A stretch of DNA of 64,000 nucleotides from a virus. The position numbers and the translations under genes are program-made. Shown piece by piece: positions 63,115 through 64,000 of the stretch (position 1 is its first letter; each line of letters begins with the position of its first letter). The notes below the pieces were generated by a model, which ran no database searches, was not told the DNA's origin, and saw only the letters and a program-made list of their open reading frames with translations. The stretch spans positions 32,001-96,000 of the IMG/VR virus record IMGVR_UViG_3300045988_139374; one strand, 5' to 3'.

Positions 63115-64000
63115 TTACTGGTCGAATTGATGTGCAGGAAATTCTTGAGTATTAATAGAATAATAATCATCTATGAGATTATATCTTTCAGATTTAGACT
63201 GACTATGATTCATAGACTGTCTAGCATCATTCATAAGTAATACAGAATAGAAATCATAGAAATCAGATCTTGTAATATCATCTTGATATCTCATTCTATC
63301 CTCTAAGTATCTACTAATAAGAAGGATGCCAATATCTACGAGCCAATCATCTCTATAATAATCATCATAAGTATTATTATATTCTGTATGAATAGATTCC
63401 AAAATATTCACATGCTCTTCATATACTAGATCAATAAGCATATGAACAATAGCATCTACGGCATAATCATCAATTTCTTTAATGTAATGATTCTCCGCAT
63501 TAAACTCTTCAGAATTCATTGTAAGAGTTGTATAATGCTCTTTATAATCTCGAATGATTTTTTCTACTTGCTTATAATTATCAGAGTTATAATACTCAGA
63601 ATAATTTTTAGTAAGCCAAGTAGTAATATCAAACCAGACTTTATCAATCATTCTACATTTCTCTTTAGCAGTAAGACCTGTAGTCATACCTTGGATAGCA
63701 TCTTCTATTTTAATAATTTCACTCTTATCAAATAGATATTTAAGAAGAATATGATCAATTAATTGAACATAATTCTCAAATTTATCATCTATTGAATATA
63801 TAATAGAAGAATCATGAGTAAAGATCTTAAAAGACTTAAAGAAATCAATAACTTCTGTTACATATTGCTTAATGAAATCAATAGAAATAGAAGGCAATCC
63901 TGCAAATACAGTATCAAGATTAATTCTATCTTGATCTATATAATCCTTCATATAAGATACTATTGCTTGAATAGCATTTACACAAGCTTCCTGTCTTGTA
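63115..64000 (-). CDS. Hypothetical protein, probably 5'-truncated by the window edge
   Basis: The frame stays open from 63951 to the window end. No RBS precedes the ATG at 63951. Confidence 0.5.
   Translation of the reverse strand, partial: TRQEACVNAIQAIVSYMKDYIDQDRINLDTVFAGLPSISIDFIKQYVTEVIDFFKSFKIFTHDSSIIYSIDDKFENYVQLIDHILLKYLFDKSEIIKIEDAIQGMTTGLTAKEKCRMIDKVWFDITTWLTKNYSEYYNSDNYKQVEKIIRDYKEHYTTLTMNSEEFNAENHYIKEIDDYAVDAIVHMLIDLVYEEHVNILESIHTEYNNTYDDYYRDDWLVDIGILLISRYLEDRMRYQDDITRSDFYDFYSVLLMNDARQSMNHSQSKSERYNLIDDYYSINTQEFPAHQFDQ

Noticed and set aside
1-64000. Possible stop-codon reassignment (TAG or TGA recoding), as seen in some large gut phages.
   Set aside because: All recognisable genes translate as uninterrupted ORFs under the standard code. 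The only apparent in-frame interruptions are explained by the three group I introns.

Overview
AT-rich, densely packed 64-kb slice of a large (jumbo-type) tailed phage genome. Nearly every gene has a strong GGAGG-type Shine-Dalgarno. Together with an anaerobic RNR pair (nrdD/nrdG), this suggests a low-GC Gram-positive anaerobic host (inference). Standard genetic code; I saw no tRNA, rRNA or CRISPR array.

Recognisable content:
- Split multisubunit RNA polymerase genes: beta N-half, beta C-half and beta-prime C-half.
- Replication and repair genes: NAD-dependent DNA ligase, RecA/UvsX-type recombinase, SbcC/gp46-like ATPase and a family-B DNA polymerase.
- T4-type large terminase.
- A minus-strand late structural block with sheath, tube and several fibre proteins.
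- SleB-type cell-wall hydrolase.
- An rtcB-prfH pair.

Most notable observations:
1. Three group I introns interrupt nrdD (inside the glycyl-radical motif), polB (inside motif A) and terL. The terL intron carries an ORF.
2. That intron ORF belongs to a six-member paralogous family in this window, with Cys-cluster modules plus a YGGRGI ... DRI(D/N)xxGxYxPxNCxW core. It looks like a poorly characterised homing-endonuclease family.
3. The PolB reading frame stops before motifs B and C, so the polymerase appears to be split.
4. There is a phage-borne RtcB-PrfH ribosome rescue/repair module.
5. There is a DUF2829/Tad2-like candidate anti-defence gene.
6. Two promoter-like motif classes occur. One is TTAGATATTATAAT, placed in terminator-promoter-5'-hairpin cassettes. 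The other is AACA-N6-TAAT, found upstream of late genes.

Functional calls rest on motifs read by eye. No database search was possible.
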